Of a stretch of 64,000 bases of DNA, positions 1 to 10,012 are shown piece by piece. Location: positions 416,001 through 480,000 of the forward strand of contig OZ219917.1 of NCBI GenBank assembly GCA_964291415.2. The letters run 5' to 3'. Under the pieces are notes generated by a model that did no database searches, had not been told where the DNA came from, and was given only the letters and a program-made list of their open reading frames with translations. The position numbers and the translations under genes were made by a program. The DNA comes from Alphaproteobacteria bacterium. GTDB lineage: Bacteria; Pseudomonadota; Alphaproteobacteria; SP197. Positions within the stretch are counted from its first letter, which is position 1, and the number at the start of each line of letters is the position of its first letter.

Positions 1-386
1 AGGCAACGCACCTGATCCCCATACGCCACCATCATCTGCGACCGTGGGCGCAGATGATGTTCACGACCGACGCCATGATCGCCGCGCATGGCCCGGCTCT
101 TCTTCGCTTCCTTGCCGCCTGCAGGGAGGGTTGGCGACAGGCCATGACCAACCTTGACGAATGCGCCCGGCTGGTTGCGGCCCATTCGGCCGAGCACGGG
201 GATGTCGCCGAGAATCACCGGATCCTCGAGATGATGCTCCCGCTTGTCGCCGGCGACGCAGGGCTTGACCACGCTGTCAGCACCGATCCGGAACGCTGGA
301 AGCGCAACCTTGCGACCTACGCCCGCTCCGGCATGATCGATCGCGCTCCCGCCTACCACGAAGTCGTCTGCGAACTCTTGACGTGA
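1..386 (+). CDS. ABC transporter substrate-binding protein (NMT1/THI5/SsuA-like), 5'-truncated by window edge
   Basis: Frame is open from position 3. The C-terminal pattern (FTT..MI..H...L.RFL.A.REGW..A; W.......GMI) resembles NMT1-family binding proteins. Confidence 0.55.
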   Translation, partial: ATHLIPIRHHHLRPWAQMMFTTDAMIAAHGPALLRFLAACREGWRQAMTNLDECARLVAAHSAEHGDVAENHRILEMMLPLVAGDAGLDHAVSTDPERWKRNLATYARSGMIDRAPAYHEVVCELLT

Positions 387-584
387 CGTCCCCTTCGGCC
401 AGCGTGATCGCCTGAAGGGCCGTGGCCTTTGTGACACGCGCTTGCAGGGAACCGTCAGCCGCCACCGCTATCGCCGTCGGCCTCCTGGGCCGGAACGAGA
501 TCTGCTCGATTTGCCGTGCCGAATTCTCAATGCGTCGCACCGCCGGTAGACTTGAGCCATTCGCGCTGACGGAGCCGCTCCGCA

Positions 585-1364
585 ATGACCGATGCATCGA
601 ACGATCTGCTCGTCTCGCGCAATGGTCATGTCGGGCTGATTGAGCTCAACCGGCCCCCACACAACTTCTTCGATCACGATTTGATTCGCCGGTTGGTTGA
701 CGCGGCCGGCGACTTCGACGCGGATGGCGCGACCAGGGCCATCGTCATTGCGGCGAACGGCACGGCCTTCTGTGCCGGCGCCAGGCTCGGTGCCGGGACG
801 GCCGCAGGGTCGGCCCAGGCGACGAAGCCGGGCGCCCTCTACCACGAGGCTGTGCGCCTGTTCCGCATCGGTCTTCCGATCGTCGGCGCGCTCCACGGTT
901 CGGCGACTGGCGGCGGGCTCGGCCTCGCCCTTGCCTGTGACCTCAGGGTGGCCTGTCCGCAAGCCCGGTTCTGGGCCAACTTCACCGCACTCGGCTTTCA
1001 TCCCGGGTTCGGCCTTTCGATCACCCTGCCGGAACTCATAGGACGCCAGAACGCGGCGCTGATGCTGTACGCCAGCCGCCGGCTCGGCGGCGAGGAGGCC
1101 CACCGCGTTGGTCTTGTCGACGTGCTTGTGCCGCGTTCGGAGGTACGGGATGCGGCGCTCGCGCTCGCCACCGAGATCGCCGCCTGCGCGCCGCTCGCGG
1201 TGCGCGAAACCCGGGCGACCCTGCGCAGGGGTCTCGCCGAGCGTGTCGAAGCGGTTCTGGAGCACGAGAAGGAAGTGCAGAGCCGCCTGCGCGCGACCGA
1301 CGACTTCCAGGAAGGCGTCGCCGCTGTCAACGAACGCCGCCCGGCACGATTCCGGGGGCGTTGA
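585..1364 (+). CDS. Enoyl-CoA hydratase/isomerase (crotonase) family protein
   Basis: IELNRPP, AFCAGA, GGGLGLALACDLR and DFQEGVAA..ERRPARF motifs. Confidence 0.93.
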   Translation: MTDASNDLLVSRNGHVGLIELNRPPHNFFDHDLIRRLVDAAGDFDADGATRAIVIAANGTAFCAGARLGAGTAAGSAQATKPGALYHEAVRLFRIGLPIVGALHGSATGGGLGLALACDLRVACPQARFWANFTALGFHPGFGLSITLPELIGRQNAALMLYASRRLGGEEAHRVGLVDVLVPRSEVRDAALALATEIAACAPLAVRETRATLRRGLAERVEAVLEHEKEVQSRLRATDDFQEGVAAVNERRPARFRGR

Positions 1365-2449
1365 TGGTTGCCGACAGTCTGATCGCCGATACCACGGCGC
1401 GCATCTTCGCCGATCTCGCCGATCCCCGCACGGTCAATGCGGCCCACGACGACGCCTGGAAGGAGAAGGTTTGGCGGGCTCTTGTCGATGCCGGACTGCC
1501 GTTGCTCTGGGTGCCCGAAGAGGCGGGCGGCATCGGGGCGAGCTTCGTCGAGGGGCTGGCGGCTCTGGAGGCCGCTGGCGCAAAGGCCTGTGCCGTGCCC
1601 ATCGCCGAGACCATGACCGGCGCCTGGTTGCTGGCCCGGGCGGGGCTGCAGGTGCCAACGAAACGCCTGGCGCTGCTGCCCCCGGGCCTCCGATTCGATG
1701 AGGAGGGCCGGCTGTGGGGCCATGCCGCTGCGGTGCCGTTCGGTTCCGTCGCCGAGTGCCTGGTTGGCGTCGTCGAGGACGCAGACAACGCAGTTCATGT
1801 CGTGCTGGTCGAGCGTCCATCGCAGATGGAATGCAGCGAGGACCTGGCGGGCGATGAGCGTGACTCGGCACGGTTCGACGGCGCGCTGCCGGTTGTCGAC
1901 GCTACCCTGTCCGGCGAGGTCGGTCGTGACGACCTGCTGTTGCTCGCCGCGGCAGCTCGCACGGCGCTGATGGCGGGAGCGCTGGGCGCCCTTCTCGAGA
2001 TGTCCGTCGACTACGCCCAGGAGCGCGAGGCCTTCGGCCGCACGATCTCGAAGTTCCAGGCGATCCAGCACTTGCTGGCCCGGCTCGCTGGCGAGGCGGC
2101 CGCCGCTTCGGTGGCGGCACAGGCAGCCGGTTGGGCGCTTGACCGGGCGGAAGGCCCGCTCGCGGACGCGCTGCTCGACGTGGCGGTGGCCAAGGTGCGT
2201 GTCGGCGAGGCCGCCGGGACCGGCGCGGCGATTGCTCATCAGGTTCACGGCGCCATCGGCTTTACAGCCGAACACGCGCTGCACCGTTTCACGCACCGCC
2301 TCTGGTCCTGGCGTGACGACTACGGCAGCGAGACGTTCTGGGCCGAGGAGCTTGGCCGTGACGTCGCGGCGGCCGGAGCTGAAGGCTTTTGGGGTCGCCT
2401 GACCGGGAATCCTGAACCGACGTCGAGATCCGTCGTTCTCGAGAACTGA
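1361..2449 (+). CDS. Acyl-CoA dehydrogenase family protein (degenerate, beta-type subunit)
   Basis: YAQEREAFGRTISKFQAIQH and HQVHGAIGFT.EH motifs; overlaps the upstream gene. Confidence 0.88.
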   Translation: MMVADSLIADTTARIFADLADPRTVNAAHDDAWKEKVWRALVDAGLPLLWVPEEAGGIGASFVEGLAALEAAGAKACAVPIAETMTGAWLLARAGLQVPTKRLALLPPGLRFDEEGRLWGHAAAVPFGSVAECLVGVVEDADNAVHVVLVERPSQMECSEDLAGDERDSARFDGALPVVDATLSGEVGRDDLLLLAAAARTALMAGALGALLEMSVDYAQEREAFGRTISKFQAIQHLLARLAGEAAAASVAAQAAGWALDRAEGPLADALLDVAVAKVRVGEAAGTGAAIAHQVHGAIGFTAEHALHRFTHRLWSWRDDYGSETFWAEELGRDVAAAGAEGFWGRLTGNPEPTSRSVVLEN

Positions 2450-2452
2450 GCC

Positions 2453-3610
2453 ATGGTCCAGGGGATGTCCTTCGCATACGCGCCGCTGCCGCCGGAAGTC
2501 GAGTCGCTGCGCTCCGACGTCCGCGGATTCCTCCGGAAGGCGCGCGAAGACCGCCTGCTTGAGCTTCCGGCCGAAGGTGTTGCAGGCGGTCTCAATCGTG
2601 ATTTCAGCCGTCGGCTCGCCGCCAGGGGCTGGATCGGCATGACCTGGCCCCGGATCTATGGCGGACACGAGCGGAGCCACCTTGAGCGTTTCGTCGTCAA
2701 CGAGGAACTGTTGTTCGCCGGCGCCCCGCTGACAGCCCATTTCACCGCCGATCGGCAAAGCGGTCCGATGCTGCTCAAGTACGCGTCCGAAGACATCAAG
2801 CGGGACATCCTGCCGCGGATATGCGCCGGCGAATGCACGTTTTCCATCGGCATGAGCGAACCGGGTTCGGGCAGCGATCTCTTCGCCGCGTCCTCGAAGG
2901 CCGTCCCGGACGGCAACGGGTGGCGCCTGTCGGGCCGCAAGGTGTGGACCAGCACGGCCCACCTCGCCGATTACATGATCGGCATCTTCCGAACCGCCCC
3001 CGCCACCAGGGAGAACCGCCGCCACGGACTCTCCCAGTTCCTGGTCGACCTCTCTGCCGAGGGCATCTCGGTCAATCCCATTCGTTACCCAAGCGGCGAC
3101 CATCACTTCAACGAGGTCGTGCTGGACGATGTCTTCGTGCCTGGCGACCATCTGCTTGGCGAACGCGACATGGCCTGGCGGCAGGCCACCAGTGAGCTCG
3201 CGTACGAACGCAGCGGTCCCGAACGCTTCCTGGAGACGATCGCAGTGTTGGTCGAACTCGTCCGCATTCTCGGCGCGACACCCGATCGTTACGCCGCCAT
3301 CGGGCTTGGCCGCCTGATCGCCGGGCTGCAGACCCTGCGCCACATGTCGGTGGCGGTCGCCGGCATGCTCGCGCGCGGCCTGGAGCCGACAACGGAGGCC
3401 TCGGTGGTGAAGGACCTGGGCACGGCGTGGGAGCAGGCGCTGCCCGCGATCGCGCGCGACCTCGCCGAGGGCGCCGGCGAGCCCGGGGCGCGCGTAGAGT
3501 TCGAGCATGCCCTGGCCCGGGCGATCCTGATCGCCCCCAAGCTCACCATCCAGGGCGGCACGACCGAGATCCTGCGCGGCATCATTGCCCGGGGCCTGGG
3601 TCTGCGTTGA
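2453..3610 (+). CDS. Acyl-CoA dehydrogenase family protein (catalytic, alpha-type subunit)
   Basis: GMSEPGSGSDL, GRKVWTS, FNEVVLDDV, LAYERSG and IQGGTTEILRGII motifs. Confidence 0.92.
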   Translation: MVQGMSFAYAPLPPEVESLRSDVRGFLRKAREDRLLELPAEGVAGGLNRDFSRRLAARGWIGMTWPRIYGGHERSHLERFVVNEELLFAGAPLTAHFTADRQSGPMLLKYASEDIKRDILPRICAGECTFSIGMSEPGSGSDLFAASSKAVPDGNGWRLSGRKVWTSTAHLADYMIGIFRTAPATRENRRHGLSQFLVDLSAEGISVNPIRYPSGDHHFNEVVLDDVFVPGDHLLGERDMAWRQATSELAYERSGPERFLETIAVLVELVRILGATPDRYAAIGLGRLIAGLQTLRHMSVAVAGMLARGLEPTTEASVVKDLGTAWEQALPAIARDLAEGAGEPGARVEFEHALARAILIAPKLTIQGGTTEILRGIIARGLGLR

Positions 3611-3798
3611 GCTGGTGAACCTCGCCCGGCCTCCCGGGCCAGCGATTGCCATGACATTGTCGCCGGGATCGTGCTGACGGGCACCTGGTGAGAACGTGGA
3701 CCGCAAGGAGAGGGCTGCACATGGCGCTGTGTGTCGCCGGACACCCGGGTCAATCAGGTGGTTCCGGGCAGATGTGCGCATGACCGGGGGCGAGATAC

Positions 3799-3889
3799 TG
3801 GCGGAGAGGAAGGGATTCGAACCCTCGATGGGATTTTGGCCCATACTCCCTTAGCAGGGGAGCGCCTTCGACCGCTCGGCCACCTCTCC
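3799..3889 (-). tRNA. tRNA-Ser(GCT)
   Basis: Minus strand reads GGAGAGGTGGCCGAGCGGTCGAAGGCGCTCCCCTGCTAAGGGAGT...GAGGGTTCGAATCCCTTCCTCTCCGCCA, with a long variable arm, anticodon GCT and encoded CCA. Confidence 0.97.
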
Positions 3890-3896
3890 GTTGGTG

Positions 3897-3925
3897 GTTC
3901 TAGTGGCTTCCATGGGGAGCGTCAA
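3897..3925 (-). promoter_or_regulatory. Sigma70-type promoter of tRNA-Ser, inside the 3' end of the Rieske gene
   Basis: TTGACG-N17-TAGAAC just upstream of the tRNA 5' end. Confidence 0.6.
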
Positions 3926-5057
3926 TGCGGCGCCTGGCGAGGCCGTCGTCAATGGTCTGGTCGACAATCCAGTTGTTCAGGCGATGGACCGCCTGTTCGC
4001 GCACCGAGAGGCGGCCCGGCCGGTGGAAGGGTGACGAGATCCCTGCCTGCTGGACCTCGCAGATGGCATTGTCCTCGTCGATACCGGTGTCCCAGCGATG
4101 GAAATAGGCCTTCGAGCCTTCGGCAAAGTCATCCCGGCGCGTGGTGGATTCCGGGAAACACTGGCCAACTTCGAGACGGGTCAGGGCGGGTGCGAGCGGA
4201 CGGTAGTGGAGCCACCACATGGCGTCCTGGGCGCAGGCGAACTGGGTGTTCGGGTGAAGTGTCGTGAAGAAGGTGCCGGCCTGCGCTTCCGGTGACAGGG
4301 ACCTGACGGGAGGAAAGGGGGCCGGGTGTCCGGGCAGCACGGCGACCGAGGCCTCGCCCAGGACCTGGAGGGCGTCCCAGTGACCGCGGGTGACGAGATC
4401 CCGGGACGCCTGGGCGCCCAGCGAGTCGCCGTGAACGGTCCCGGTGTGATAAGCCTCCATGGCATTTTCGGCGATGAGTTTCCAGTTGGCCCGGACCGTG
4501 TAGTGACGCCGGCGCGTCACGCGAAACTCCGCGAAGCGGTGGCTTGCGAGGCGTTGTGTCATGTCGCCGAGCCAGGACGCAAGGCCGGCCGTCCGGCCAG
4601 AGAAGCAGACAAAGACAAACCCGGCCCAGACCTCGGCGCGGATCTCCCGGAGTCCGTAGCGACCGTGATCGATCGACGTTCCCGGCGCCGACTCCAGCGA
4701 ACCGTCGAGACGGTAGCCCCAGCCGTGCAGCGGACAGACGATTCGCGATGCCATGCCGCAACCCGACACCAGGCGCGCGCCACGATGCCGGCAGGTGTTG
4801 GCGAAGGCGCGAAGAGTGCCGTCGTTGACCAGCAGGACCGGCCCGCCTGCGGTGTCGACCGAGCGGTAGCCTGCCTGGGGAACTTCCTCGAGACGTCCCG
4901 CGAACTGCCAGGCGCGCGAGAATATGCGTTCTCGTTCGCGCCGCAGGAAGGCGTCCGACACATAACACCAGCCGGGAAGGGTGGAGGCCTCCCCCGGCGG
5001 GCGGCGCACGTCCCTGAAGTGACGCGGATGGAAGGGATCGTCGAGCATGCTTTTCAT
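3900..5057 (-). CDS. Rieske non-heme iron oxygenase alpha subunit (choline monooxygenase/CntA/GbcA-like)
   Basis: Rieske ligands CRH...CPLH; NWKLIAEN.MEAYH..TVH mononuclear Fe site; ED..ICE.QQ.G. Start is uncertain (5048/5057/5084). Confidence 0.9.
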   Translation of the reverse strand: MKSMLDDPFHPRHFRDVRRPPGEASTLPGWCYVSDAFLRRERERIFSRAWQFAGRLEEVPQAGYRSVDTAGGPVLLVNDGTLRAFANTCRHRGARLVSGCGMASRIVCPLHGWGYRLDGSLESAPGTSIDHGRYGLREIRAEVWAGFVFVCFSGRTAGLASWLGDMTQRLASHRFAEFRVTRRRHYTVRANWKLIAENAMEAYHTGTVHGDSLGAQASRDLVTRGHWDALQVLGEASVAVLPGHPAPFPPVRSLSPEAQAGTFFTTLHPNTQFACAQDAMWWLHYRPLAPALTRLEVGQCFPESTTRRDDFAEGSKAYFHRWDTGIDEDNAICEVQQAGISSPFHRPGRLSVREQAVHRLNNWIVDQTIDDGLARRRIDAPHGSH

Positions 5058-5137
5058 GATGAGGCGGTCTGGCTGCTTTATCACGGATCGGTGTGACGCT
5101 ACGCTTCATTGTTCAAGGGGAAGAAACGGCGCATTCC

Positions 5138-7393
5138 ATGGCGGATCAGGTCAGGGTCAGTGACATCGATGCCCTCAAGTTCCACGCGGAGGGGCGTCCC
5201 GGCAAGCTGGCGATTACGCCGACAAAGCCGCTCAACACGGCCCGGGACCTTTCCCTCGCCTACTCCCCGGGGGTCGCGGCGCCCTGCCTCGAGATCCACC
5301 GGGAGCCGGCGACCGTCTTCGACTACACCTCGAAAGGCAACGTCGTCGCCATCATCTCCAACGGTTCGGCAGTCCTGGGACTGGGCAATCTCGGCGCGCT
5401 CGGCGCCAAGCCGGTCATGGAAGGAAAGGCGGTCCTCTTCAAGCGATTCGCCGATGTCGACGGCATCGACATCGAAATCGACAGCGAGGATGTCGACGAG
5501 ATCGTGCAGACGGTGAAGCTCATCAGCCCGACCTTCGGCGGCGTCAATCTCGAGGACATCAAGGCGCCGGAGTGTTTCATCATCGAGCAGCGCCTGAGGG
5601 AGCTCGTCGACATCCCCATCTTTCACGACGACCAGCACGGCACGGCCATCATCTGCCTTGCCGGTGTCATCAACGCCCTGGAGATCGCCGGCAAGGAACT
5701 GGCCGACTGCAAGGTGGTGGTGAACGGCGCGGGCGCCGCCGGCATTGCCTGCCTTGAACTGGTGAAGGCGCGTGGCCTGCCCCATGACAATGCCATCCTG
5801 TGCGATTCGCAGGGCGTGGTCTACCAGGGACGCCAGAAGGGCATCAACCAGTGGAAGTCGGCCCATGCCGTCGAGACCTCCGCGAGAACGCTCGAGGACG
5901 CCATGGAGGGGGCGGACATCTTCCTCGGCGTTTCGGTCAAGGATGCCGTGACGGGAGACATGGTCGCGTCGATGGCCGAACGGCCCATCATCTTCGCCAT
6001 GGCGAACCCGGATCCGGAGATCCTGCCCGAGGATGTCCAGGAGGTCCGCGAGGATGCCATCGTGGCGACCGGCCGTTCCGACTATCCAAACCAGATCAAC
6101 AATGTCCTGGGATTTCCCTATATCTTCCGGGGTGCGCTGGATGTGCGGGCGACGACAATCAACGACGCCATGAAGATTGCCGCCGCCGAGGCGATTGCCT
6201 CCCTGGCGCGCGAAGACGTGCCGGACGAGGTGGCGTCGGCCTACGCCGGCGGCTACCTGCGCTTCGGGCCGGACTACATCATCCCCAAGCCGTTCGATCC
6301 CCGCCTCATTTCGCGGGTGCCATCGCGCGTGGCGCGGGCGGCCATGGATACGGGCGTGGCGCGGCGGCCGATCATCGACACCGAGGCCTATCAGGCACGT
6401 CTTTCCGGCCTCCTTTCTCCGGTTGCCGGGCGCATGCACGAGATCTTCGAGACCGTGCGCCTGCGTCAGGCGCGGATCGTGTTCGCCGAAGGCGAGGAGG
6501 AAAAGACCATCCGGGCGGCAGCCCTGTGGCGTGATCAGGGACTGGGCAGCGCCATCCTCGTCGGAAGAGCAGGGCACATCCAGGCGAAGATGGAGACGCT
6601 CGGCGTCAGCCCGGGCGGCATCGAGATCGCCAACGCGGATGCCGTGGATACCGAGCAGTACGTCAATCATGTCTATGCTCACATGCAGCGCCGCGGCGCG
6701 CTGTTGCGCGATTGCCAGCGCTGGATTCACCTGGATCGCGATGTCTTCGCTGCGGCCATGCTGGCGACGGGTGATGCCGATGCCATGGTCACCGGCCTGA
6801 CGCGGTCCTATCCCGGCGCTCTCTCCCATGTGCAGAGGGCGTTGAAGGCCGGCGAAGGCCAGATTGTCTTCGGCATGACCATCCTGGTCTCCTCCCAGCA
6901 CACCCTGCTGCTGGCCGACACCACCATCAACGAGCAACCGTCAGCCCGGGACCTCGCGGACATCACGGTCCAGGCAGCCGCCAAGGCGCGCGCCCTGGGG
7001 GTCGAGCCGCGGGTTGCCCTGCTGTCGTTTTCCAATTTCGGCAGCCGCGGCGAACGGCACACGGGCCATCTGCGCGAAGCCGTGCGCATCCTCAAGGAAC
7101 GCGAGGTCGACTTCGAGGTGGACGGCGAGATGGCGGGTGATACCGCGCTCGACAAGAGCGCGCTGGACTACTACCCCTTCATTGCGCTGAGCGGTCCGGC
7201 CAATGTGCTCATCATGCCCAATCTGCACGCCGCCAACATTTCCTACAGGCTGGTCGAGGCGATGGATGGAGCGCGCGTGATCGGACCGATCCTGCTCGGC
7301 CTGGAGAAGCCGGTCCAGATTGCCCGTCTGGGGGCGACGGTCAACGACCTCCTCAACATGGCGGCCATGGCGGCCATCGACATCGCAGACTGA
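5138..7393 (+). CDS. maeB: NADP-dependent malic enzyme with C-terminal phosphotransacetylase-like domain
   Basis: DLSLAYSPGVA, GGVNLEDIKAPECF, FHDDQHGTAI, ATGRSDYPNQ.NN; PTA domain starting RIVFAEGEE. Confidence 0.95.
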   Translation: MADQVRVSDIDALKFHAEGRPGKLAITPTKPLNTARDLSLAYSPGVAAPCLEIHREPATVFDYTSKGNVVAIISNGSAVLGLGNLGALGAKPVMEGKAVLFKRFADVDGIDIEIDSEDVDEIVQTVKLISPTFGGVNLEDIKAPECFIIEQRLRELVDIPIFHDDQHGTAIICLAGVINALEIAGKELADCKVVVNGAGAAGIACLELVKARGLPHDNAILCDSQGVVYQGRQKGINQWKSAHAVETSARTLEDAMEGADIFLGVSVKDAVTGDMVASMAERPIIFAMANPDPEILPEDVQEVREDAIVATGRSDYPNQINNVLGFPYIFRGALDVRATTINDAMKIAAAEAIASLAREDVPDEVASAYAGGYLRFGPDYIIPKPFDPRLISRVPSRVARAAMDTGVARRPIIDTEAYQARLSGLLSPVAGRMHEIFETVRLRQARIVFAEGEEEKTIRAAALWRDQGLGSAILVGRAGHIQAKMETLGVSPGGIEIANADAVDTEQYVNHVYAHMQRRGALLRDCQRWIHLDRDVFAAAMLATGDADAMVTGLTRSYPGALSHVQRALKAGEGQIVFGMTILVSSQHTLLLADTTINEQPSARDLADITVQAAAKARALGVEPRVALLSFSNFGSRGERHTGHLREAVRILKEREVDFEVDGEMAGDTALDKSALDYYPFIALSGPANVLIMPNLHAANISYRLVEAMDGARVIGPILLGLEKPVQIARLGATVNDLLNMAAMAAIDIAD

Positions 7394-7444
7394 TGATCCC
7401 TGGCGCTGAGCGGGGTCCATGACCGTGGAGGCCAGTGGCCCGCC

Positions 7445-8827
7445 ATGGGTCTGATCCTGCTCCTGGTCCTTGTCGAGGCGGGAATCTTCCTTGTCCTGGT
7501 GCTGACCGGAGAACTCGCGGCGGCGTCGGCCGTCGCCGGATTTGCCGTCCTGGCGGTGATGAGCGCGATTCTGGTGTGGCCTCTCGTTTCGGGGTTGGAG
7601 CGCGTCAGGTCATGGGTTGTCCGGCGGCGCGGCTCGGCTGATCCGGAACCGCCGGGTCTGCGCGGCGGACCAGTTGTCTCGCAGTTGCAGTCCGTCCTTG
7701 ACGCCGTGACGCACGCTCTCGACGAGCGGGACACGCGCATTGACCGCCTGGCAAGGGACAACGACCGCCTGCTTGATGCCCTGACCGCTCCTGTCCTGCT
7801 GGTCTCGAAGGACAGCCGACTGGTGCGTTTCAACGGCGCTGCGGGCCGGGTCTTCGGCGATCTCCGGACGGGACAGCACGTCTCCAGGATCCTGCGGGAT
7901 CCCGGTTTCGACAGCGCCGTCGCGGCAGGTCTTGACGACGGCCTTTCCAGTGTCGTGGAAGTCGTGGTGACCCGGGACCACGTCGACAGCCACTTTGTCC
8001 TTGACGTCGCGCCGCTGCCCGATGGATTGGGCGATGCGGCGCTGATGGTGGTCTGCCAGGACGTCACCGGGGCCCGCATGACCGAGAAGATGCGCGTGGA
8101 TTTCGTGGCCAATGCCAGCCACGAGATCCGTTCGCCACTCACCACGCTCGTCGGCTGCATCGAGACCCTGCAGGGTCCGGCACGGGACGATGCCGACTCG
8201 CGGGCCAGGTTCCTGGCGATGATGGAAGCTCAGGGCGCCCGCATGGCGAACCTGGTCGAGGACCTGCTGTCGCTGTCGCGCATCGAGATCCGGGAACACA
8301 CCCAGCCCGATGGGGAGGTCTCCATCGGGCCGCTGCTCACCCGCCTCGCATCCACGCTCCACTTCGATGCCGAAAGACGGTTGATGACCATCGATCTCGA
8401 CATCCCCGATTCCATGCCGGCGGTGCGTGGTGACGAGGACGAGATCGAACAGGCCCTCTACAATCTCATCGCCAACGCCATCGGCTATGGCAGGCAGGGC
8501 ACCGCGGTCAGCCTTGCCGCAGGCGTCGCGGACAGGCCGCCCGATTACCTGCGGGTCGCCCGCGGCCGGCTGGCATGGATTTCCGTCACCGATCAGGGCG
8601 ACGGAATCGAGGCTCACCACCTGCCGCGCCTGACCGAACGCTTCTACCGCATCGACAAGGCGCGCAGCCGCGAACGCGGTGGAACCGGACTCGGCCTTGC
8701 CATCGTCAAGCACATTCTCTCGCGCCACCGTGGCGAACTGCACGTGGCGAGCACGCCCGGCAAGGGATCCGTCTTCACGGTGTGGCTGCCTGCCGTCATT
8801 CACGAAAGTGTCATGAAGTCTTCCTAG
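7445..8827 (+). CDS. phoR: Phosphate regulon sensor histidine kinase
   Basis: Two N-terminal hydrophobic segments, DFVANASHEIRSPLT H-box, HLPRLTERFYRIDKARSRERGGTGLGLAIVKH; lies directly upstream of the pst operon. Confidence 0.92.
   Translation: MGLILLLVLVEAGIFLVLVLTGELAAASAVAGFAVLAVMSAILVWPLVSGLERVRSWVVRRRGSADPEPPGLRGGPVVSQLQSVLDAVTHALDERDTRIDRLARDNDRLLDALTAPVLLVSKDSRLVRFNGAAGRVFGDLRTGQHVSRILRDPGFDSAVAAGLDDGLSSVVEVVVTRDHVDSHFVLDVAPLPDGLGDAALMVVCQDVTGARMTEKMRVDFVANASHEIRSPLTTLVGCIETLQGPARDDADSRARFLAMMEAQGARMANLVEDLLSLSRIEIREHTQPDGEVSIGPLLTRLASTLHFDAERRLMTIDLDIPDSMPAVRGDEDEIEQALYNLIANAIGYGRQGTAVSLAAGVADRPPDYLRVARGRLAWISVTDQGDGIEAHHLPRLTERFYRIDKARSRERGGTGLGLAIVKHILSRHRGELHVASTPGKGSVFTVWLPAVIHESVMKSS
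8797..8825 (+). promoter_or_regulatory. Putative Pho box upstream of pstS, overlapping the phoR 3' end
   Basis: Three degenerate half-sites at 11-bp period (CATTCAC, GTGTCAT, TCTTCCT) about 50 bp before the pstS ATG. Confidence 0.5.
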
Positions 8828-8874
8828 GGTGTGCGCCGACTCACCCCAGTGGTCAACACATGGAGGACCATGAC

Positions 8875-9921
8875 ATGAAGACCAGAGTGTTGAATACCGT
8901 CCTTGCTGCGGGCGTCTTGACCCTGACGGCCGTTGCGGCGACCGCGCAGGACGCACGGGACACGATCAGGATCGTCGGTTCGTCGACCGTGTTTCCGTTC
9001 GCGACCGCTGTCGCCGAACAGTTCGGCCAGAGCAGGGATTTTCCGACGCCCGTTGTCGAGTCGACCGGTTCGGGCGGCGGACTGAAACTCTTCTGTGCCG
9101 GCATCGGTTTCGAGCATCCGGACGTCACCAACTCCTCGCGCCGCATCAAGTCGAGCGAGGTCGAGCGCTGCGCCGAAAACGGCATCACGGAGATTACCGA
9201 GGTCATGATCGGCTTCGACGGGATCGTGCTCGGCAACGCGCGTGAAACGGACCGGCTCTCCATCGACACTCCGGACCTGTGGCTTGCCCTTGCGGCCGAG
9301 GTTCCCGACGCGGACGGCAACATCGTCGCCAATCCCTACACGATGTGGAGCGAGATCGACGACTCACTGCCCGCCGTCGCCATCAGGGTCATGGGCCCGC
9401 CGCCGACATCCGGCACGCGTGACGCTTTCGTCGAACTCGTGATGGAGGAAGGATGCGGGCACTTCGAGGCCGTTGCCATGATCGAAGAGACGGATGAAGA
9501 CCGCTTCGAGAGCATCTGTGCCTCGATCCGCGAGGACGGCGCCTTTATCGAGGCCGGGGAAAACGACAACCTGATTGTCCAGAAGCTCGAGGCCGATCGG
9601 GACGCCTTCGGCATCTTCGGGTTTTCCTTCCTCGATCAGAACATCAACGCGATCCAGGGGTCGATGATGGACGGTGTCGAACCGACATTCGACAACATCG
9701 CCTCGGGCGACTATCCGGTATCACGTTCGCTCTATTTCTACGTCAAGAATGCCCACCTCGATTTCGTTCCGGGCATCGCCGAGTTCGTGGCCGAGTTCAC
9801 CAGCGAGGACGCCTGGGGTCCCTTCGGCTACCTGGCGGACAAGGGTCTGATCCCGCTTTCCGACCACGAACGGGCGGCCATGGCGGCGTCGGCGAATTCC
9901 GCCACGCCTCTCACCATGTGA
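8875..9921 (+). CDS. pstS: Phosphate ABC transporter substrate-binding protein
   Basis: Signal peptide, IRIVGSSTVFPF, ESTGSGGG, GPPPTSGTRDAF; GGAGG RBS. Confidence 0.95.
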   Translation: MKTRVLNTVLAAGVLTLTAVAATAQDARDTIRIVGSSTVFPFATAVAEQFGQSRDFPTPVVESTGSGGGLKLFCAGIGFEHPDVTNSSRRIKSSEVERCAENGITEITEVMIGFDGIVLGNARETDRLSIDTPDLWLALAAEVPDADGNIVANPYTMWSEIDDSLPAVAIRVMGPPPTSGTRDAFVELVMEEGCGHFEAVAMIEETDEDRFESICASIREDGAFIEAGENDNLIVQKLEADRDAFGIFGFSFLDQNINAIQGSMMDGVEPTFDNIASGDYPVSRSLYFYVKNAHLDFVPGIAEFVAEFTSEDAWGPFGYLADKGLIPLSDHERAAMAASANSATPLTM

Positions 9922-9935
9922 TACGTTCTCGAGTG

Positions 9936-9962
9936 GCCGGGGACCTGCAACCGGTCCCCGGC
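9936..9962 (+). terminator. GC-rich stem-loop between pstS and pstC (stabiliser or partial terminator)
   Basis: GCCGGGGACC-N7-GGTCCCCGGC perfect 10-bp stem with no strong U-tract. Confidence 0.55.
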
Positions 9963-10012
9963 TCCTTCCTGTGCCCGGATGATCCCACCACACGCCGGAG
10001 AGTGACCGGACC

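Noticed and set aside
998-3844. 948-aa minus-strand ORF, and similar ones at 5099-6937, 16847-19045 and 42837-44921
   Set aside because: These are shadow ORFs opposite well-supported genes; the first also runs through the tRNA.
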